Below, in pieces: positions 27,218-32,000 of a stretch of DNA of 32,000 nt. Origin of the DNA: Candidatus Omnitrophota bacterium (GTDB taxonomy: Bacteria; Omnitrophota; Gorgyraeia; Zapsychrales; JANLHA01); assembly GCA_963662715.1 (NCBI GenBank), contig OY759724.1, positions 1,350,001 through 1,382,000 of the forward strand. The letters run 5' to 3'. Every line of letters begins with the position of its first letter. Within the stretch, counting starts at the first letter, position 1. The notes under the pieces were generated by a model. That model saw nothing but the letters and a program-made list of their open reading frames with translations, had not been told where the DNA came from and did no database searches. A program made the translations under genes and the position numbers.

Positions 27218-28444
27218 ATGGCATTTTTACCTTTTGTTTTGTTAAGCACGGCTGTCTTTGCCGGAATTATATTTTTGCTGATTATGATTCTGCTTCTGGT
27301 CGAGGCAAAAGTCGCGCGTAAAGGGGATTGTTCCATTACGATTAATGAGGGGCAGAAGACGCTTGTGGTCCCGGCCGGAAAAAATTTGTTGATGTCTTTA
27401 GCGAACAGGAATGTTTTTTTGCCCTCCGCCTGCGGGGGCGGAGGGACCTGCGCTTTGTGTAAATGCCAAATCCTGAAAGGCGGCGGGGATATCCTGCCAA
27501 CGGAAACAGGCCTTTTAACCCGGAAGGAACAGAAAGACCGCTTCCGGCTGGCCTGCCAGGTGAAGGTCCGGGAAGATTTGAGCATTCGCATCCCGGAGGA
27601 GATATTCCACATCAGGAAGTTTCCCTGTGTTGTGCGGTCCAATGATAACGTGGCCACTTTTATCAAAGAGCTGGTCCTGGAATTGCCGGAGCCTATGGAT
27701 TTTAAGGCCGGAGGCTACATTCAGATCTACGTCCCTCCGTATCAGCTGAATTACCGTTCTTTCGTTATCGACAAGCAGTATCATCCTGATTGGGATAAAT
27801 ATCAGCTGTGGGATCTTAAAGCGGAGAATGATGAGGAAATTTTCCGGGCTTATTCCATGGCCAGCCATCCGGGGGAAAAGGGGATCGTCATGCTTAACGT
27901 CCGCGTTGCGAGCCCTCCGCCGGAAGATATGAGCGTGCCTCCGGGGATCGCCTCGTCATTTATTTTTAATTTGAAGCCGGGAGATAAGGTCGATATCAGC
28001 GGTCCTTACGGCGAATTTTTTATCAAGGAAACTAAAAGAGAAATGGTCTATGTCGGCGGCGGCGCAGGCATGGCCCCTTTGAGGAGTCACCTGTTTCATT
28101 TGTTTCATGGCTTAAAGACCCGTGACAGAAAGATTTCTTACTGGTATGGCGCCCGCTCTGTCAGGGAGATGTTTTATACGGATGAATTTTTGGCTTTAGA
28201 AAAAAAGTTCCCTAATTTTTCTTATACGGTCGCTTTGTCCGAACCGCTTCCGCAAGACAAATGGGACGGACCGACAGGTTTTATTCACCAGGTCCTTTTT
28301 GACCGGTACTTGCAGCATCATGAAGAGCCGGAGGACGTCGAATATTATCTCTGCGGCCCGCCGGTTATGATCGACGCGGTTCAGAACATGCTCGATTCTC
28401 TGGGGGTTCCCCCGGAAATGATTGCTTTTGATAAATTCGGCTAA
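27218..28444 (+). CDS. nqrF: Na+-NQR subunit F (2Fe-2S ferredoxin + FAD/NADH-binding domains)
   Basis: The start is moved to ATG 27218, giving 408 aa (the ORF track starts at 27176, inside nqrE). It has a TM anchor, the 2Fe-2S motif PSACGGGGTCALCKC...ACQV, the FAD motif RAYSMAS, and the NADH site GGGAGMAP...YYLCGPP. Confidence 0.95.
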   Translation: MAFLPFVLLSTAVFAGIIFLLIMILLLVEAKVARKGDCSITINEGQKTLVVPAGKNLLMSLANRNVFLPSACGGGGTCALCKCQILKGGGDILPTETGLLTRKEQKDRFRLACQVKVREDLSIRIPEEIFHIRKFPCVVRSNDNVATFIKELVLELPEPMDFKAGGYIQIYVPPYQLNYRSFVIDKQYHPDWDKYQLWDLKAENDEEIFRAYSMASHPGEKGIVMLNVRVASPPPEDMSVPPGIASSFIFNLKPGDKVDISGPYGEFFIKETKREMVYVGGGAGMAPLRSHLFHLFHGLKTRDRKISYWYGARSVREMFYTDEFLALEKKFPNFSYTVALSEPLPQDKWDGPTGFIHQVLFDRYLQHHEEPEDVEYYLCGPPVMIDAVQNMLDSLGVPPEMIAFDKFG

Positions 28445-28475
28445 TTCTTAAGGACGGGACACTTTGTTCTTAAGG
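28445..28475 (+). promoter_or_regulatory. Direct repeat TTCTTAAGG x2 (22-nt period) overlapping a candidate promoter for the GT2 gene
   Basis: The copies are at 28445-28453 and 28467-28475, and TATAAT lies at 28486-28491. A related motif recurs at 30925-30945, after the GT-C stop codon. Confidence 0.3.
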
Positions 28476-28512
28476 GGCAAACTTATATAATATTAATTTT
28501 TAGGCTGAGGCC

Positions 28513-29298
28513 ATGACATCCCAACCAACGATTTGCGCTGTTGTGATTACAAAAAATGAAGAATCCCGGATACGCCGGTGTTTGGATTCTCTGAAAGACT
28601 GGGTGGACGAGATTATTGTTGTCGATGATATGTCTGAGGACCGGACCGCTGACATTGCCCGGGATGAATATCATGCCACAGTCATTCGTCATTCGCTTGA
28701 TGAAGATTTTGCCGCTCAACGCAACCGGGGCATGGCGGCCGCCCGGTCGGAATGGATTTTGGAAATGGATGCCGATGAACAGGTTCCGCCGGAATCCGCC
28801 CGGAAAATCAGGCAAGCTTTATCGCAGGCGGAAAAGTATAATGGTTTTGTCATCAGAAGGATTAACTGTGTTTTTGACCGACCGCTGAAGCATCCCGGGA
28901 GATGCGACAGTCTGAGGATTGTCCGGAAAAATAAGGGCCAAAGCCGGGGGGCGATCCATGAATGTTTAGCGGTGGAAGGGCCTGTCGGGCACATTGATGC
29001 GGATATTTACCATTACAACTTGCCTTCCGTCCATCATTTTATTTCCCGGAATAATCATTATTCGGAACGTGAAAGCCGGGATATCCTTGCCGCTGAGGGA
29101 CGGATATCCGCCAGGCGTTATAAAAATTTTATTTTGTTTAAAAGCCTGAGAATTTTTTACAAAAATTATATAAAAAACAAAGCTTATAAAGACGGCGTTC
29201 ACGGCTTTATCCGTTCGGTTTTGCACACGGTCAAGCCGGTGATGGTCTGGCTGAAAGTGCTGGAGCGGGCCGTCAAGGAAGACAGGCTGGATCCGTAA
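28513..29298 (+). CDS. Family 2 glycosyltransferase (soluble, WaaE/KdtX-like short form)
   Basis: 261 aa. GT2 blocks are ICAVVITKNEE, IIVVDDMSEDRT, FAAQRN and EMDADE. There are no C-terminal TM helices. Confidence 0.88.
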   Translation: MTSQPTICAVVITKNEESRIRRCLDSLKDWVDEIIVVDDMSEDRTADIARDEYHATVIRHSLDEDFAAQRNRGMAAARSEWILEMDADEQVPPESARKIRQALSQAEKYNGFVIRRINCVFDRPLKHPGRCDSLRIVRKNKGQSRGAIHECLAVEGPVGHIDADIYHYNLPSVHHFISRNNHYSERESRDILAAEGRISARRYKNFILFKSLRIFYKNYIKNKAYKDGVHGFIRSVLHTVKPVMVWLKVLERAVKEDRLDP

Positions 29299-29380
29299 CT
29301 TTGCCGGAAAGCCCTTTGTCGAGAATGAACGCGTTTTGCGCAAACCGTCATGCCATGGCAAGCGTGCTACTATTTTCAAA

Positions 29381-30904
29381 ATGATAAAACTTTCTTGGTC
29401 TAAACATAAAAAATTTCTTGTCCCGTTCTTGATCTTTCTCTGCAGCTTATCTCTCAGGCTCTCCTTGATCAGTAAAGGCCCTTATAATGTTGATACCCTG
29501 AACCTTGTTATACAAGCCGAGAAGACATTAGAAACACACCGCTTGCATTATCTTTTCGGTTCTGGTTATCCATTGACTGTCCTTTTAGCGGCTTTTTTTA
29601 TGTTTTTTGTTAATTTGTTCCTTCCTTCTGATCCGGTTTTTGCTGTTAATTTGATGAGCGTGGTTTTAAGTTCAATAAGCGTTCTTTTTCTGTTTTATAT
29701 CGTTCAAGAATTGTTTGGCTTTACAGAAGCCATTTTTTCTTCGGTCATGTTTTCTCTGTGTCCCGTCTTCTTCGGGCTTTCCGTATATGGAAAAAGCCAT
29801 ACACCCAGCCTGTTTTTTCTGTTATTGAGTTTATGCTTTCTGATTCAGCATTTCAAGAGCGGACGGGCGGGGCCTTTGTGCCGGGCGGGAATATTTTTTG
29901 GCGCCATGGGGGCAGCAAGGTTTCAGGATATGATTCTGCTGCTTTTGGCCTTTTGTTTTCTCCTGCTTTTTTATCCCGGCTCTCAAGAGTGTTCCCATGT
30001 CGTTTCCTGGAAGAAACGTTTTTATTCTCTGGGTGTGTTTTTGTTTTTTATGGCCGGCATTGTCGTCTTATTTCATGTGCCTCTTTTTCTTCAGAAAAGC
30101 GGACAGTACAGTAATAACTTAACTCGTTTTTTAAGGGTAGGGCTGAAAGATTCCTTTTTAGGGGCAGGGCCATCTTCTTTAATAATAGCGGGACATCATT
30201 TGTCTTATACCCTGACTTTCCCCGGCGTTATTATTGCGTGTGCGGGGCTTGTTAAAATATTCCAAAGGAAAAAAGCGATAAGTATCTTCTTGGTGTTATG
30301 GATTGCCGTGCCGTTATTGTTTTACGGCAATCATCGGTTCATTATTAACCCTCGTTTTCTGGTTGTTCTTCTGCCCCCTCTTATTATCGGGCAATCGTAT
30401 ATCTTGGCTTACTGGGCGAGAAAAAATTCCTTTGTCCGGGGATGTGTTTATGTCTTTTTTTGCGTAATCCTTTTTGCCTGTTTTTCCAGAATATATCCCA
30501 ATGTTAAGTTCCGGCATGAAACAGAACTTCTTCCTGATTTTGTTCGCTGGGTGGAGCAAAAGACTGAAGCGGATTCTCGCATTATTGTCGCTGACGAGGC
30601 TTTGTTTTTCACATATTACACAAAACAGAAGATCCTTCGCCGTCCCACCCACAACATTAAATTGAGCCCGGAAGAACTAATGCGTTTTAAGAAAACAGTC
30701 GACAATTTCATAGAGTCGGGAGTGCCTGTTTATGCGACGTCAGCCTCTATTTTTGCCTATGACAGGGACGAACATTTTTCATCTTTTTTTCTGGAAAATT
30801 ATGACGGGGTTTTGATAGGCCAGCATTATTATGAGGACTGGCATTTGGGCTCGTTGAATTCGCAAGTTTATTTTTTTGATCTGTACCGGGTTATCAAGCG
30901 TTAG
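29381..30904 (+). CDS. Polytopic GT-C-fold (ArnT/PMT, GT39-like) membrane protein, paralog 2
   Basis: ATG 29381 is preferred over TTG 29336, giving 507 aa. It is collinear with the 17916..19472 product (LRLSLISKGPYNVDT, GSGYPLT, SDPVFAVNL, YGKSHTPSL, GAARFQD, LFYGNH). The C-terminal domain ends GQHYYEDWHLGSLNSQVYFFDLYRV. Confidence 0.65.
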   Translation: MIKLSWSKHKKFLVPFLIFLCSLSLRLSLISKGPYNVDTLNLVIQAEKTLETHRLHYLFGSGYPLTVLLAAFFMFFVNLFLPSDPVFAVNLMSVVLSSISVLFLFYIVQELFGFTEAIFSSVMFSLCPVFFGLSVYGKSHTPSLFFLLLSLCFLIQHFKSGRAGPLCRAGIFFGAMGAARFQDMILLLLAFCFLLLFYPGSQECSHVVSWKKRFYSLGVFLFFMAGIVVLFHVPLFLQKSGQYSNNLTRFLRVGLKDSFLGAGPSSLIIAGHHLSYTLTFPGVIIACAGLVKIFQRKKAISIFLVLWIAVPLLFYGNHRFIINPRFLVVLLPPLIIGQSYILAYWARKNSFVRGCVYVFFCVILFACFSRIYPNVKFRHETELLPDFVRWVEQKTEADSRIIVADEALFFTYYTKQKILRRPTHNIKLSPEELMRFKKTVDNFIESGVPVYATSASIFAYDRDEHFSSFFLENYDGVLIGQHYYEDWHLGSLNSQVYFFDLYRVIKR

Positions 30905-31291
30905 GCGTTGTCCGGACAGCTCCTCTTAAGGAACGGGGGCAAGGAATTCATGAAGAAAGGTTCTTCTTTAGAAGGAAGAGGGGCTTTTGACTCCTGGCCC
31001 ATAAAAAGGTCTAGGTTGTCCTGTCCGTTTGCGGCGTTTTCGGCCATCTTTTTAATATGTTGGTATCGTTTGGGTTAGAAAGATTCCGCTGTCTGTTTAG
31101 AGGTTTTTTACGTGTGCTTTTATCGACAGAAGAAGCCTTTTCCCCCAACTGAACAGAAAGGGGCTTCCTCAGCCCTGTTGGTCCTGTCCCTGTTTGACCG
31201 ACATTGTCACGTTGACGGATTTATGGCAGGTTGATAAAATAACTATTCACGGCTTGAGAAAATATCGCATGTCTGGCTGTGAGGTAAGCAT

Positions 31292-31621
31292 ATGAAGAAC
31301 GGGACGAACATTTTTTGCATTATTTATAACATATTAGGATTTCTCGGGGCGAACGCCTGTGTTTCCAGCGCTTTTTCTGTTTACCGGTCGCGCAGTCTGG
31401 TGATCGGAGAAATGGATATTGTCCAGATCATTACCTATATTATTGCGGTGCTGTTTTTCAGCTCTTCTTTTTTATTGAAGCAAGGAAAAAAAGAAGGGTT
31501 TCTTATCCCTATTCTGCTGCTGGTGTTTTTTATCTGCGGAGGCTTTATTGTTCTGATTCCTTTGCTGGCAGGACATATTCTCTTTTTTACCCGTCCGAAT
31601 ATAAAGATGCATTTTATTTAA
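31292..31621 (+). CDS. Small hypothetical membrane protein (about 3 TM)
   Basis: 109 aa with three hydrophobic stretches. TGAGGT lies upstream of the ATG. I recognise no family. Confidence 0.5.
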   Translation: MKNGTNIFCIIYNILGFLGANACVSSAFSVYRSRSLVIGEMDIVQIITYIIAVLFFSSSFLLKQGKKEGFLIPILLLVFFICGGFIVLIPLLAGHILFFTRPNIKMHFI

Positions 31622-31709
31622 TTTATTGCTGTCTCCATCCTGTCTTTGCTTCCCTGAATTTATAAGGAGTTTCTGTTTTTCGGTATCTTATAGAAGGAGG
31701 GGGGAAAGC

Positions 31710-31886
31710 TTATGAAGGACTGCCCTTTCCCTGAGAACAGGTCCGGGTTTGACACCGGCAGCCATCAGCCTCTTTTTCCGGATCGTTGCAGCAGCCTTTG
31801 TGAAAAGGCTTTTTCGTTAGCAGCACCCCTACCGCCATGCCAACGAGGCACAGGACAAAGATTATTAAAGACAATAAATAGACCAT
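31710..31886 (-). CDS. 58-aa single-TM, Cys-rich miniprotein (NqrM/DUF539-like candidate); below the ORF-track cutoff
   Basis: Hand translation gives MVYLLSLIIFVLCLVGMAVGVLLTKKPFHKGCCNDPEKEADGCRCQTRTCSQGKGSPS. That is one TM helix, a KK stop-transfer and a CC-x9-CxC-x4-C tail. There is no SD, but a TTGCAA-16-TATACT promoter ends 6 nt before the ATG. Confidence 0.4.
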   Translation of the reverse strand: MVYLLSLIIFVLCLVGMAVGVLLTKKPFHKGCCNDPEKEADGCRCQTRTCSQGKGSPS

Positions 31887-31892
31887 AGCTTC

Positions 31893-31920
31893 AGTATAAG
31901 TATTAAAATTTTTTTTGCAA
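31893..31920 (-). promoter_or_regulatory. Sigma70-like promoter positioned for a leaderless transcript of the 58-codon minus-strand ORF
   Basis: Read on the minus strand: TTGCAA (31920-31915), 16-nt spacer, TATACT (31898-31893), then GAAGCT and ATG (31886). The predicted transcription start coincides with the A of the ATG. Confidence 0.35.
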
Positions 31921-32000
31921 GCCCTTGTATTTCTCTATGGAGTAACATATGATTATGAAGATGGGTTATTATTCATAATAAAACAGGAGTTCTCTATTAT

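Noticed and set aside
31736-31770. CAGGTCCGG...GCAGCC, reminiscent of SRP (4.5S) RNA domain IV.
   Set aside because: There is no GGAA tetraloop or symmetric-loop sequence, and no flanking long helix. The region is better explained by the 58-codon ORF(s).
1-32000. Scan for CRISPR repeats, IS/transposase or integrase genes, prophage or defence-system genes, rRNA and tRNA.
   Set aside because: I saw no regularly spaced direct repeats, no recombinase, nuclease or ATPase defence-like ORFs, and no RNA-gene signatures. All large ORFs have housekeeping, envelope or signalling identities.

Overview
Gene-dense chromosomal window with moderate GC by eye and many strong AGGAGG-type ribosome-binding sites. 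It probably comes from a non-model bacterium. I recognised no rRNA, tRNA, CRISPR array, transposase/IS or phage genes. Left to right: the 3' part of glnS; a flavin-reductase-like protein; an orphan CheY-like receiver; a CDF metal exporter; a 100-codon ORF with no ATG start; a DsbA-like oxidoreductase; a receiver plus pseudo-receiver protein; a lipoprotein with two peptidoglycan-binding domains; a beta-PGM-like HAD / otsB / GH65 operon; a convergent PAS-PAS-GAF-GGDEF cyclase (motif AGDEF); a sensor-less MCP; crcB-DUF190; an exported protein; two tandem SPFH/band-7 proteins; a GT-C-fold membrane protein plus a 142-aa unknown; a DRTGG (Pta N-terminal-like) protein plus a thiolase; a complete nqrABCDEF operon; a GT2 plus a second GT-C paralog; and small membrane proteins. 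Four points merit a second look. (1) One uncharacterised membrane-protein family occurs three times: two full-length GT-C paralogs that share a distinctive C-terminal 'YEDW' domain, and a free-standing copy of that domain alone. (2) A 58-codon ORF below the ORF-track cutoff encodes a single TM helix plus a Cys-rich tail, resembles NqrM, and has a leaderless-type promoter. It is mirrored almost exactly by a plus-strand ORF of the same length that has a strong SD. (3) The HAD-otsB-GH65 operon has no otsA in the window, which suggests a phosphorylase-based trehalose route. (4) Several signalling proteins carry atypical features: a Cys-rich PAS insertion, an AGDEF motif with an I-site, and a pseudo-receiver with Glu at the acceptor position. 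I see no defence-, toxin- or mobile-element-type system, and all functional proposals here are inference from sequence.
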